Origin: Macrostomum lignano
Lineage: Eukaryota
Direction: 5' to 3'
Assembly (NCBI GenBank): GCA_002269645.1
Contig: NIVC01002002.1
Location: 150,212-214,211, forward strand
Length of the DNA: 64,000 bases
The notes beneath the pieces were generated by a model. That model ran no database searches. It was not told where the DNA came from and saw nothing but the letters and a program-made list of their open reading frames with translations. The position numbers were made by a program, and so were the translations under genes. Below, in pieces: positions 1-19,500 of this stretch (the stretch's first letter is position 1; each line of letters opens with the position of its first letter).

Positions 1-507
1 AGAGAAGTCAAGTCAGACACAAGCGGGCAAGAGAAAACCTAAGAGGATCCTCGACGATTCTGGGGTAGAAGCAGGATCAAGATGTTAATTTAATGGGTTG
101 CTTGTAGAAAGCGAGAGGCGATTGTTGCAGCTTTTAAAACTTTCAAGTTTCAATATAGGCAAAAACGCTAATTTTGCTACTGAAAAGTAGATTAGCGCAT
201 TTTTGCGAGTGGCATATCTAGTTATTGTACTCTTAGTATCTGTGATGAAAAAAACAAACTTAAGAAGAGTTATAAATAGCTCAAGACTGGCCCTGCCCTG
301 CAGTTTCGCAGCTATAATAAATAATCTAATAAAAACAACTACTTTATATACCTGGGTTGCTGTGGCTACTTTAAAAAAGACGTTTCAGTTTTCAGTTTTG
401 GTTGAAGCTCTCAAACTGTCGGGAGTAATTATATACTAGAGTGGGAGAGGGCTCAAAATCCGCTGATTAGGCCAATCAATGATTGGCAGTCAGAAACTGT
501 CAGGCGC

Positions 508-7109
<6,602 letters not shown>

Positions 7110-8399
7110 TATAATTGAAAAAAGAAACTTAAAAAGATGCAAAACCAGAATTATAAACAGAAATAATTGATTCACGAATACTTATTAAAATGTAGAACAC
7201 AATAAATTCACTAAAATAGCAATACACTACCTATCATGTTGATAAAAAATGATGATGATAATACTTAAATTGTACGCTTTAAGTGATTTTAAAATTTCAC
7301 AATAAATAAATATGCAAATCATATGCAGGCAAATGCTTTTTCTTACAATTCTATGTACTACTAAAAATATAATTTAAGCTTTAGCATAGAAATTAACAGT
7401 TCTTTTACTTTTTATACTTTGTTCTATTGCTCTAATAGCTATCGTTTTTAAAGGTTGAACTTCGTGGAATTTTCTCAAACTATCATAGTAGATGTATAAT
7501 GATACTCAGTCGGGCAGATTGTAAGTGTTAAATGCTTATCTTGATAGTTATCACTTAAAAATCCTTTCTATTTAAATGGCAATAGCAACAATGTGATATA
7601 TTGGGATAGGGTTATTTCTTCTATCCTAAAACTGTCACTAAGAGAAGACCTATCAAAAGTATAAGTATAAATCTAAACAATTTTTTTCTTTTTGAAAACT
7701 AATTAATTTACTATATTATAATAATCCTAGGCCTAGTGAAGTCCACCGATGTTGTGATAGAGCTGAATTTATTTTTATCTTGGCCCTTGCCACAAAAGTT
7801 TTGCTACTTTATTATAAAATTCATGGTTTATCCCTTATATATTTTATATATACCCATATTATAAATATTGATTATTACAAGATTTAAACAAAATGTACTC
7901 ATTGAAAAGTCAAAAGCAATTTATTACTTTGCATTTGTGTAATACATTGCTCTTAAAAATTAGGAATCTTGGCTGTTTTATCCTTAAACAATTGTGGCCA
8001 TGGGGGACAATTTGCCCTTAGTAAGACAATTTCACCCATAGTCTATTTTGTTTACAAACCAGTTTAGCTATAAGCATTTTGGCCATAATGCTGAATGTAT
8101 AGTATACAGATACATATTTTAGTATTAAGCTATTGTATTATAGTATAAATAAGCTATTGAAATCTATAGATTTTGAACCCATTGAATTCTAATCCCTAGA
8201 ACTATTTTTGCAAAAAAATAAAATTAAAGTCATAAACAAAAACTTGTTAATAGTTAAGAGAGAAGTTTGAAAATATAGAATAAATTCATGTTAAATTAAG
8301 ATTTCAGGCAAGAATTGATCATATTGTCTAGGATGCCACTCAAAATAAGTCTAGGCCTTATCTAAACATGTCCTATGTTAGCTTTAGCAAACTGTTGGC

Positions 8400-9120
8400 C
8401 TCTGCCTTTCTTTCTGTCCCTTGGGTTCTTTAAAATTTCTTTCTTTTCTTTCTTTTTTATTTTATTTATCATCTTGCCTTTTATTTCCTCTCTCCTCTAC
8501 TTTTTTCTCTTTCCCTTTTTTCTCTTTTCTCTGCTTTCTCTATTGCTCTTTCATCCTTCTCACCCTTTCTACTCTCTCTCTTGTTTCTTCTCTCTCTTCT
8601 CTGCTCTCACATCTCTCTTTTCCTCTCTTCTCCCTTGTCTCTTATTTCTTCTCTGCTCTCATACCTCTCATTTCCCCTCTCTCCTATCTTCTTTCTCCTT
8701 TTTGCTTTCACACATATTCTCTCTTCTTTCTCTTCTCTCTATTCTCCTATCTCTCTTCTCTATTCCCTCATCTTTTCTCTCCTCTTGTCTTTCTTCTGTT
8801 GTCATTGCTTCATTATCTGTTCACTCATCTCTCTATTATGTACTTTTCTCTTTTCCCTCTTCTGACTCCTCTCTGTCCTTACTTCTCTCTTCTCTTCCTT
8901 GTTCTATACTCTCTCCTCTCATCTCTATTGTCTTCTCTGTCAACTCTCTTCTCCCCTCCATCTCTGATTTCTTTGATTTCTTTCATCTCTACAATCTTAT
9001 TTTTTCTCTCTCCTTCCCTTTCATTTACTTTCTTGTCTTTCCTTTCTCCTCTCTCCTCTTTCTTATATCTATTTCCTCTCTTTTCTCTCTTTTTTCTCCC
9101 TTTTCTCTCCTCTCTCCTCG
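8400..9120. repeat. CT-rich low-complexity polypyrimidine tract
   Basis: About 700 bp made almost entirely of C and T. It produces spurious L/S/F-rich ORFs. Confidence 0.9.
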
Positions 9121-12091
9121 AGAAATTCAAATCAGGATGCTCAAAGTCACTTGGTGTTATCTGTTGAAGGAGCAGCTGGTATTGGGGTGATAATGGAATG
9201 CTGGAAAGACTAGCTGAGGATGTCTAGCAGTTGAGGCTTGCCCATTGTTGAGGCTTAATCAACAAAACTAGAGAAATTCGCATCAGGATGTCTATAGTCA
9301 CCTGGTGCCACTTGTTGAAGGTCCAAAAGCTCCATCTGGATGAAGGCTAGTGACCAACAAAGGCAGAGCTGATGTAGACATGTGGTCAATATGCTAATGA
9401 AATTTGGAGGCTTGGCAAGGCTACATGCCATGATACATGATACAAAAACCTACTTATGTGTTAATGTAATTATTGAATTAAATAAATGTTGGCTAAGATT
9501 GCAATCCTGTTTAACAAGGGTAGGCAAGAATTAAAAAGTTATTTTTACCCAAAGAACCCACCTTGAACCTTTTACATTGCTGTGAGTAAAAATAAAATCC
9601 TGATTTTGATAAGTTTATCCTGTGTAATCCCACAGCACTTACACATGATTAATTTAATACTTGGTAAAGAAAACTGTAGGTTCTATGAACTATAAATCGA
9701 GATGCTTAGAGTACTACTAATATCGTCCCAATCTTCTTGCCAACTGGTTACTGACTTATAATAAGTTTGTTTTATCTATACTTAATCACATTATTGAATT
9801 GCTTTATACTGTTCATTTTTGTACCAAGGTGAGATCAAATTTCATTCTTTAATATCTAGTATTATGCTGGTCTAGTTTACTATGCTCCAAGCTTGCTGTC
9901 TAATCTCTTGTCATTAAATTATTCTTTTTTCTTTTATGCTGTGCATATATTAAAGTTCGGCGGACCGACTCCCGATTTCGCATAAACTTCTGCCTTTGGG
10001 GCGATGCACTTTGCTCAGCGCCGGAGCCGATTCACTTTTTTGTGCACTTGCCAATCGCATTCCTGCCGGCGTCGCCTTCGCGCGAGGAATGAGTCTCGTC
10101 CGCCTTCGCCCGAGATAATTCGCTTATCTGGCATTCGAGAAAATTGAGGCAAAAGAAAATTCTAAGCTCGCTGCTTGTCTGCTTTTATTCTATAGAATTT
10201 CCCTACTCATCTCCTTGGTTTGCCAGCTTTGAGCCATCGTATAGGAGGAAGATGATGATCGCGCGTGCTGGTGCGGCAGGCTTGGATCTGTGAGTCTATC
10301 GCTGTCCCAATACGACTTTGGTAGTCCGTCCGATATTATTCCCTCCCTGGAGTTCCTGTGGTTGGTTCGATTTCTCCTGAAGAGCTAAGAGCTTGCACGA
10401 GGAACTGGGAGCTGGAGAGACGCGTATCGATGGAGAATGGAATCCAGCCACTTCCCTCCTATCCTTCTCTCTCCTGTTCCTCATTTCCGATTTCCGCGCA
10501 AGTTCCACTGGGCGCTGTGGCTAACCCTCTCCGGGGATTAAATGAGCTGGCCGGATGGAAAGGGATAACAGAAAGGCGTGACTGACCTCAGCTGCCCTCT
10601 GTCCTGGCCGACTCCATTTTTCGTCGCCAAAGTTTCATTTTTTCCTTTCCTTCTCTGTTAATTTTATGCAAAAAACGCTGGACTAACGCTGGAAGGTTGA
10701 AGCATTTCAGGTCACACGAAGCTATAAAGGTTATTTATGGACCCTTTTAGGCTGAGTATCTCTGGTTTATTTATGATTCTGAACTGCACTTTTATTATCA
10801 AGTACCGTCGACAAGTACCGAGCTGCATGTAGCTAGAAAAGAGACATTAAATACACTACGAGTATTTTGCAACCGATTCTTTGCACTGGATGGTTGTCTA
10901 GGTACAGTCTTGCTTCCGGACTTCTCTATCATGTTTGAAAAGCTGCAGGCCAATGTTTATTGCTTTTTTATCTCCACTAGATGTTGAAATCGTTAGTCTA
11001 AAATACCAAACCTAAAATAAGCAAACTTCTGTTTAAGTTCCCCCATGTTCTTTCTGGTTTGTACTTTATAAACAGCATTAAAATTAGTAATCTTCTATAA
11101 TATTAGTGCAGCTTTTCTGACGCCAAGTCACAACTGTCTCCTAGAAGCATCTGTCTTTAAAACTCCCTCCATCATCGGATTCATCGCATCGATGCTTGCT
11201 CCCCTTCGACCAGCGCGTGAGTGACGGCTGCGAAACATTTCTTAGAAACTTAGAATATTTTCAAAACTTTAGAATGCTTATTTTGTTATGTTAAATAACC
11301 GGACACTTTGGATGTTGAATGTGTTTTAAAATATTTTTCTGCCCGCTACTTTGGTTTCTATGAAAGTAAGATGAACTGGCGAGAGTTACTTTCAAGCGCA
11401 TGTTTCTTGCCAGTGTACTTTCTTTGTAGGCTATCGGCATTGCTGGCAGTTAGGCCTGTTTTTCGCTTGACGTGATCCGCTATTGTGTTTTTTTAGTCCT
11501 ACCGAAAATTGATGACCACTTATGGTGACCGTGTGGCCTTCAGAACGTTGCTTTTTCTTTTCCTTTCCATCCGAGCCGAATCAGCCAATCAGATGCAGCT
11601 CAGCAGTCGACTGGTTTAGTACGAAGCTTAGTATAAAAACTAAGGAAAGGTTCAAGCGCATAGATAGCTGCTTTGCGGTGACATTTTCTTCTTCTAGAGG
11701 ATTGGCTGGAGCTAGGAATACATTAAAGTCTGCCGCTGGCCCTTTGCTTGCATTTTGTGCGAGTTAGACCTATTCTTGGTTGGTTATTTCCGATCAGTTT
11801 ATTCTACCTATCTGATTCAAGGTGGTCTGCCGTGCTCCGGGTAAGCAGCTGTGAGTTGGTCTATAGAGACATCATTTTTAATATTATTACTGTTTTTTTC
11901 GTGCTATGTGGAACAGTGGGCATGCAAAACGGAGTGACCTATCGTTCTGGCTTCTATTCCGGCTCATCTTTTCATATAGCATGACAAATCGACTTGTCTA
12001 TGGCCTGCTTTCTCGAGTTAATTCAAACGCTTGGCCATAGAATTCTATAGGCCATTCCGTTTCCGTCCACTGTTCCACATACGAGCTAGCA

Positions 12092-13072
12092 CATGGGTCG
12101 GCAAACTTTTTTACCTCAAGTGCCAGATAGAGAACCCAGAGAATGGGTAGGCAAACTTTTTTACCTCAAGTGCCAGATAGAGAACCCAGAGAATGGGTAG
12201 GCAAACTTTTTTACCTCAAGTGCCAGATAGAGAACCTAGAGAATGGGTCGGCAAACTTTTTTTATCTCAAGGGCCAGATAGAGAACCCAGAGAATGGGTA
12301 GGCAAACTTTTACCTCAAGGGCCAGATAGAGAACCCAGAGAATGGGTAGGCAAACTTTTTTACCTCAAGTGCCAGACAGAGAACCTAGAGAATAGGTCGG
12401 CAAACTTTTTTTATCTCAAGGGCCAGATAGAGAACCCAGAGAATGGGTAGGCAAACTTTTACCTCAAGGGCCAGATAGAGAACCCAGAGAATGGGTCGGC
12501 AAACTTTTACCTCAAGGGCCAGATAGAGAACCCAGAGAATGGGTAGGCAAACTTTTACCTCAAGGGCCAGATAGAGAACCCAGAGAATGGGTAGGCAAAC
12601 TTTTACCTCAAGGGCCAGATAGAGAACCCAGAGAATGGGTAGGCAAACTTTTACCTCAAGGGCCAGATAGAGAACCCAGAGAATGGGTAGGCAAACTTTT
12701 ACCTCAAGGGCCAGATAGAGAACCTAGAGAATGGGTCGGCAAACTTTTACCTCAAGGGCCAGATAGAGAACCCAGAGAATGGGTAGGCAAACTTTTACCT
12801 CAAGGGCCAGATAGAGAACCCAGAGAATGGGTAGGCAAACTTTTACCTCAAGGGCCAGATAGAGAACCCAGAGAATGGGTAGGCAAACTTTTACCTCAAG
12901 GGCCAGATAGAGAACCTAGAGAATGGGTCGGCAAACTTTTACCTCAAGGGCCAGATAGAGAACCCAGAGAATGGGTAGGCAAACTTTTACCTCAAGGGCC
13001 AGATAGAGAACCTAGAGAATGGGTCGGCAAACTTTTTTTATCTCAAAGGCCCGATAGAGAACCTAGAGAATG
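12092..13072. repeat. 48-51-bp minisatellite (~20 copies)
   Basis: Unit atgggtaggcaaacttttacctcaagggccagatagagaacccagaga. Confidence 0.95.
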
Positions 13073-13407
13073 ACTGCGGACTAGAGGAGGGGAGAGAGGA
13101 GAGGGAATAAAGGAGAGAGAAGGGAGATAAGAGAAAGGAAAGGCGATAGAATAAAAAAACAGAGGAGTGGAGGGAGAGAGGAGATGAGGAGAATGGAGAG
13201 GAGAGACGAGAGAGGAGATGATAGAGAAGAGAAGAGAAGACAGAAGAGGAGAGGAGAGAGAAAGAGAGTACAGTGGAGATTACATGTAGAGAGAAGAGCG
13301 CTGAGAAGAGATAAACATTGAGTAGGCCGGGTTGCTATTGTAAAGTTTCAAAAGACCGAAAGGCCGGATAGAGAAAGGCTCTGCGGGCCGGAGTTTTCCG
13401 ACCCCTG
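12092..13407. mobile_element. hAT-Charlie-like non-autonomous element containing a 48-bp minisatellite and a GA-rich tract
   Basis: Left end CATGGGTCGGCAAACT; the right end reverse-complements to CAGGGGTCGGAAAACT (14/16 match). Both resemble Charlie/MER58-type termini as I recall them. No clean 8-bp TSD (agctagca vs agtcatag). Confidence 0.65.
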
Positions 13408-15497
13408 AGTCATAGCAGGGCAAAAAGCAATGCTTCGTAAGTTATTAAGTTGCTACGCGGCTTAGACGAATAAATGAACATATCTTTCGCACAAAAGACA
13501 CTAGAAATTGGAGCGTATCGGTCTATTTACAATTCTTAGGATTTGCATCTAGAATATGGCAGCAGATTTTTTATCAATAAAAGTACAGATTATACTTGGT
13601 TTACAGATAAGATAAGTGATTTCCTGTCTGGCCATTCTATTTACACAGCTATTTCTGTGAGCTCTGTGCTCAGAAGTAGTATTCTGGAGTAGCTGTGAGG
13701 CTTGCCCCCTAGCCTTGATTGTATTATGTCTTCTCGTCTAAGGCCTCGGAGCCCTCGGGCGTTTTCGGGAAGATCTTTTTTCTTCAGGGTCTCTCCCTGA
13801 GTGCCTGCATTTCCTTGCTTTATAAGTCACACGGTGTCTGCAAACTTTAGTCGCGCGTAGGACGGGGCCGGGAGCCGTCTCCAAGCGTTTCATCATGATG
13901 TTTTGCCCTGCTGACGCTTCTTGCTGTCCCCTCTGTCTCGGTTGCCTCTATTTTGATCGAACGACTTTTTCTTTTTCAACTGTTCTTTTAGAAGTGGCTG
14001 GACTCTTCTAGTCTGCGCCTAAAACACTTTTTCTTTTTTTCTCTGGATTCTAATTACACAGTTTCCTTGCCTACGGAAGCTCGGTATAGTGTTTCATAGG
14101 CTAGCACTAGTGCCATTAATCATATTACCAGCCATACGGTGAGCCTGAGCGGTGTTCTCTTCACTCAAGTCTTTTCCATCATCCACACGGCTCGGGCTTG
14201 ATTACCTATCGAATTCGAGTGTCCGAGTGGCAGCCCCCCCCCCCCTGCTGCCGCCGATATGACGGAAGAGCATTTTTGTTGTGGCGAAATAGGAAAGGCA
14301 GACTGGGGATTTATAAAAGTGCATCGTCTCGCTAGCGCTGGATCCGCTCTCTTCTCTCCCTCTTTGGATTAATACGGGTCTGTGTTATGTCAATCCTCAA
14401 CCCTGGACAGTTGCCTCTGTGCCTCCCAGTCTTGTTAGCTTGCCCAGTTCAAGAGTCCAGCGCGTTAATTGCATCCGTGTACAGTTCTCCCGGCTGACCC
14501 TGCCGCAGAGGCGCGCTATCAGCTGTTAGAATCAGCGGGTCGGCTCGATTGCAGTGCTACGGCCAAAATAGATTGCTTCTGTTGGATAGTATAGCATTAT
14601 TTTCGATATATCTGTTTATTACTATATCAGAGCTTTAGCCTTGACGTCTGCAGATTATTGCCCGCGAAACTGCTTGCCTAGTATTCGTAAGCGGCATTTT
14701 TCTTCCGAAACCAAGGTGTTCATAAAAATTAGATTCATTATAATAAGTACTGCAGATATTGACTAAATACTTGACCAGATGAAAACGGTACCAAGGCCAA
14801 GAAGCGTCCCAGTGAGTCTCTTGCGTCGGCCCAGAGTCGTTTCAGAGTCGTTGCAGGTAACACAGATGAAATAGGAAAGAAGTGACTATAGAGACTACTC
14901 TTAAAAGATGAAATGTCACGGTACAAGTCGCCAAGAAGTCGTCTAAGAGTCAATTTGAGGCGTTTTATTGTCTGCGACTCTGAAACGACTTTAGGGCGAC
15001 GCAGGTGACTTTGGGACCGTAGAGTCCTATCTGAGACGTGCCAGAGTCGCTATAGAATCACTGAGTTGCGTCTAAAGTGCATCTGCGTCAACTATTTAGT
15101 CTACTTGAGTTAGTAGAAAGTTAAGCGTTAACACAACTGAATTTTAAACAACTTTTTCGCGAATCTTACGATTTTGCAACTCGCGTGATGCTCTCCTGAC
15201 TCGTCAGTCGCCTCTCCGTCGCATTACAGTCAATTGAGTAATTAAAAATTCACAAGAGTCGCTAGTGAGTTGTTTGTAATCACTCTAGCGATTCTTGTCA
15301 CTGTAACGTCAATGATTATCCATTCCAAGTATCCAGTAATCCAGCCTTGCTGCAGAATTCTTTTCCCTCTCGATTTCAGAGTCTCGCCGTTCTGGAACTG
15401 ACAAAAATAGCTATTAATTAGTCAAGGGCGTCAGCGAGATTGAATGCGGCGCTAAGGCTGGCACCATCGGACAGTTTGCCTGAAGTGAACTGGCGCA

Positions 15498-16226
15498 ATG
15501 GCATCGGCAAAGACTGACGCCGAGGCCGGAGTTAAAGTGGCCAATAATGCGGAGTTTTTCGTTTGCAATGCCAACATAGTTGGGCATAGGAATCGAGTTT
15601 GGGGCCACAGGAACACGGTGACAGGGAATAGCAATCAGGTGTACGGCAATTGGAACCGGGTGGCCGGCACCCGCAACACTGTCCGGGGCATCAACAATCG
15701 GGTTGTCGGTGTCAAAAATGACGTCATCGATGCTAGCACTCTTGGCAGCGCCGGCTCCTCCGCTCCGTCCTCGTCGACATCCTCGGCCGAGGAATCGGCG
15801 TCGAACGATGGCGATTCTGCCGCGGCGGCCGAAGTCCTTGTCAGCGTCTGCAAGCGGGTCCGAGTTCGAACCGACGCCAATGGGCGGCGCCAGCGCGAAA
15901 ATTTTCACGTCGAACTGGTCGAGCGCCGACTATTTGGGGTGGATTTGTCCTCGTCTTGGACGGCCAGCTCGCCGTTGAAAGGATTCAACAATCCAGACAC
16001 TCTGTACGATTTGTCCGGTCTGGATGGCGCGGACTCGGACGCCGCCGGCCTGCCCTGCTGCGTCTGCCTCGGCCGGGAGCGCTGCGTCAAGCTGTCCCCC
16101 TGCCGGCACGTGCCGGTGTGTCTGGCCTGCGCCAAGCGCCTGTTTAACGGGGCTCGAACCCGGACTGTCGCTTGTCCGCTGTGCCGCTCGCCTGTTGAAT
16201 CGGTGGAACGACTGTTTTTGAACTGA
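15498..16226 (+). CDS. Intronless 242-aa protein: N-terminal xxNxVxG heptad repeat, Ser/Ala linker, C-terminal C3HC4 RING finger (putative E3 ligase)
   Basis: Open GC-rich ORF. RING ligands are C187, C190, C202, H204, C208, C211, C226 and C229 (IAP/MGRN-type spacing, CPLCR end). G, N and V show strict 7-residue periodicity over residues 29-76. Confidence 0.85.
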   Translation: MASAKTDAEAGVKVANNAEFFVCNANIVGHRNRVWGHRNTVTGNSNQVYGNWNRVAGTRNTVRGINNRVVGVKNDVIDASTLGSAGSSAPSSSTSSAEESASNDGDSAAAAEVLVSVCKRVRVRTDANGRRQRENFHVELVERRLFGVDLSSSWTASSPLKGFNNPDTLYDLSGLDGADSDAAGLPCCVCLGRERCVKLSPCRHVPVCLACAKRLFNGARTRTVACPLCRSPVESVERLFLN

Positions 16227-16324
16227 TTGAATGCGAGTTTAGTCTAAATATGTGGGAGAGATATCTGAGCATTTACCAGCTGCTCAACTCGTATGGAAGC
16301 TGATCTTATCTTAGCCAGTAGACG

Positions 16325-16590
16325 CTTAGCTCACCAGGAGGCTACTGTACTGCTTAGCTCACCCGGATGCTACTGTACTGATTAGCTCACCTGGAGGCTA
16401 CTGTACTGCTTAGCTCACCTGGAGGCTACTGTACTGCTTAGCTCACCTGGAGGCTACTGTACTGCTTAGCTCACCTGGAGGCTACTGTACTGCTTAGCTC
16501 ACCTGGAGGCTACTGTACTGCTTAGCTCACCTGGAGGCTACTGTACTGATTAGCTCACCTGGAAGCTACTGTACTACTTAGCTCATCTGT
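16325..16590. repeat. 28-bp minisatellite (~9-10 copies)
   Basis: Unit ttagctcacctggaggctactgtactgc. Confidence 0.93.
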
Positions 16591-17424
16591 AAGCTCCATA
16601 GCGCAGCTTAGCGTTACGTGGGTCACAGAAGATATTAAGCTGCCCTATAATAAGCAGTTTATCTCCACCTCGAAACTGCCCCAATTCAAATAAATTCTTT
16701 TTTAACCCGCCTTTCTATGCAAATTAATTGGTCCGTTTTTACAAAAGAAAAATAGCATCTCTCTCCTATTGTGTTTGCTTTGATTGTGACTAAAAACTGA
16801 TTGATCATCAGTTAGGATTTCTTGATAGTCTAGACTATAGTCTCTACTGCATTGAATTGCATCGGGCATTGATTTTCGCAGAGCTTTTTCTCTCTTGACA
16901 AAAGATTTCTCATAATTTAGCTTATACCAACAATTCTGCACTGTTCTGTCTGTTTTCTACACAAATCTAGTCGTTATTTATGAAAATGATTTATTACAAT
17001 ATTTCATGAAAAAATACATTTTGCTGGAGATTTTCCTCAGGTTTTGTCATAGATGTGTTATCGAATTAGCTTTATTCGAATTTTTGCTATTGCTGCTACA
17101 TAGTGCCGCAAACTTCAATGGTCTCGAGTAAGAGTTTTTTTTAGGATTTATTTTAATTAGATATTGGATTCAAGTCAAAACTTTTTCGTCTGATGACGTT
17201 TTGAGATCAAATAGCTCTGATTGCTTAGTTATTTTTTAAGTTTTTCTCTTCTTTTGCTGCTTTTCTCAAAGCCATCCTGTTTTTTTCATCAGTCATTTTT
17301 CAGTTGTTTTAGTGCTGCCACAAGTTCAATGCATATTTTGCACTTGATGCATCTTTCATAGTTTATAATTACAGCATAATCCCAAAAGGCATGCGTAGCA
17401 CTCCCAAACCCTCAGTTTTTGGGA

Positions 17425-18095
17425 CAGTCTCCCAGATCCTCAGTTGTTGGGCCACCTTCCCAGATCCTCAGTTGCTGGGCCACCACCCTCCCAGATCCTC
17501 AGCTGCTGGGCCACCACCCTCCCAGATCCTCAGTTGCTGGGCCACCACCCTCCCAGATGCTCAGTTTTTGGGCCACCCTCCCAGATGCTCAGTTGCTAGG
17601 CCACCACCCTCCCAGATGCTCAGTTGCTAGGCCACCACCCTCCCAGATCCTCAGTTGCTGGGCCACCACCCTCCCAGATGCTCAGTTGCTAGGCCACCAC
17701 CCTCCCAGATCCTCAGTTGCTGGGCCACCACCCTCCCAGATCCTCAGTTGCTAGGCCACCAGCCTCCCAGATGCTCAGTTGCTGGGCCACCACCCTCCCA
17801 GATGCTCAGTTGCTAGGCCACCACCCTCCCAGATCCTCAGTTGCTGGGCCACCACCCTCCCAGATGCTCAGTTGCTAGGCCACCACCCTCCCAGATCCTC
17901 AGTTGCTGGGCCACCACCCTCCCAAATGCTCAGTTTTTTGGGCCACCCTCCCAGATCCTCAGTTACTAGGCCACCACCCTCCCAGATGCTCAGTTGCTGG
18001 GCCACCACCCTCCCAAATGCTCAGTTTTTTGGGCCACCCTCCCAGATCCTCAGTTACTAGGCCACCACCCTCCCAGATGCTCAGTTGCTGGGCCA
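17425..18095. repeat. 31-bp minisatellite (~21 copies)
   Basis: Unit cagatcctcagttgctgggccaccaccctcc. Confidence 0.93.
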
Positions 18096-18564
18096 CCCCA
18101 TATCAGATTCTAATTTCCCAGTTACTCATATTTTTCCTGGCAAATAGACTTGCAGCATTGTGCGCCGCAGACACTTCAGTATTTCCTTCTTTGACAGGAA
18201 CCGTTGACTGAACTTTTAGAGTCCGTTGATTTATACACAAACTGTGACACAGACGTCCCCAAGTCAATACTGTCAATCATATTTTCAATTCGAATTTCTG
18301 CTGCTAAGTTTCGCGCCCGGCTCCATTTCGTCCAAGCTTTATTAAATTTTCGTGTTCAGTCATAACTAGCAATAAATCGAAAGATACTCTATCTCTGTCT
18401 ACTTTTCAAATTGTTGTTTAAAAGATTGCAATTGCCATTTACTACACGTGTTACTATTGGAAAAATCGATTTTTCTTATACTTTTTATTATTGGCATCAT
18501 TCAGCTAGGGCTGGTTTTTATAGCGAATGCAGAAATCTAACTAGTAACTAGTTTGTCACAGTGC

Positions 18565-19425
18565 CACCTGAGTAGCCAGCTTCCCAAATCCTCAGGCTGA
18601 GTAGCTAGCTTCCCAGATCTTCAGGCTGAGTAGCCAGCTTCCCAGATCTTCAGGCTGAGTAGCCAGCTTCCCAGATCTTCAGGCTGAGTAGCCAGCTTCC
18701 CAGATCTTCAGGCTGAGTAGCCAGCTTCCCAGATCTTCAGGCTGAGTAGCCAGCTTCCCAGATCTTCAGGCTGAGTAGCCAGCTTCCCAGATCTTCAGGC
18801 TGAGTAGCCAGCTTCCCAGATCTTCAGGCTGAGTAGCCAGCTTCCCAGATCTTCAGGCTGAGTAGCCAGCTTCCCAGATCTTCAGGCTGAGTAGCCAGCT
18901 TCCCAGATCTTCAGGCTGAGTAGCCAGCTTCCCAGATTCAGGCTGAGTAGCTAGCTTCCCAGATTCAGGCTGAGTAGCTAGCTTCCCAGATCCTCAGGCT
19001 GGGTAGCCACACTCCCAGATCTTCAAGCTGAGTAGCCAGCTTCTCAGATCTTCAGGCTGAGTAGCTAGCTTCCCATATCCTCAGGCTGGGTAGCCAGCTT
19101 CCCATATCCTCAGGCTGAGTAGCCAGCTTCCCATATCCTCAGGCTGAGTAGCTAGTTTCCCAGATCCTCAGGCTGAGTAGCCAGCTTCCCAGATCTTCAG
19201 ACTGGGTAGCCAGCTTCCCATATCCTCAGGCTGAGTAGCTAGCTTCCCAGATCTTCAGGCTGAGCAGCCACACTCCCAGATCCTCAGGCTGTGTAGCCAG
19301 TTTCCCAGCTCCTCAGGCTGAGTAGCCAGCTTCCCAGATCTTCAGGCTGAGTAGCCAGCTTCCCAGATCCTCAGGCTGTGTAGCCAGTTTCCCAGATCCT
19401 CAGGCTGAGTCGCCAGCTTCCCAGA
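18565..19425. repeat. 29-bp minisatellite (~30 copies)
   Basis: Unit gagtagccagcttcccagatcttcaggct. Confidence 0.93.
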
Positions 19426-19500
19426 TTGGTTGCAGCATGCCTCAATATCTAAATGGGCAGTCATTGACCTCGGATCGTATTCTTTCCAGCAACAGACACA

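Noticed and set aside
8375-9190. 271- and 248-aa hydrophobic ORFs that look like membrane proteins
   Set aside because: Products of a CT-only low-complexity tract with no domain signal.
9960-11990. Short ORFs and GC patches upstream of PKA-R (possible non-coding first exons)
   Set aside because: No recognisable domain or verifiable splice pairing without transcript data.
12092-13072. Regularly spaced repeats suggestive of a CRISPR array (also 30096-30815 and the 56-bp arrays)
   Set aside because: Units are head-to-tail with no unique spacers, there are no cas genes, and the context is eukaryotic.
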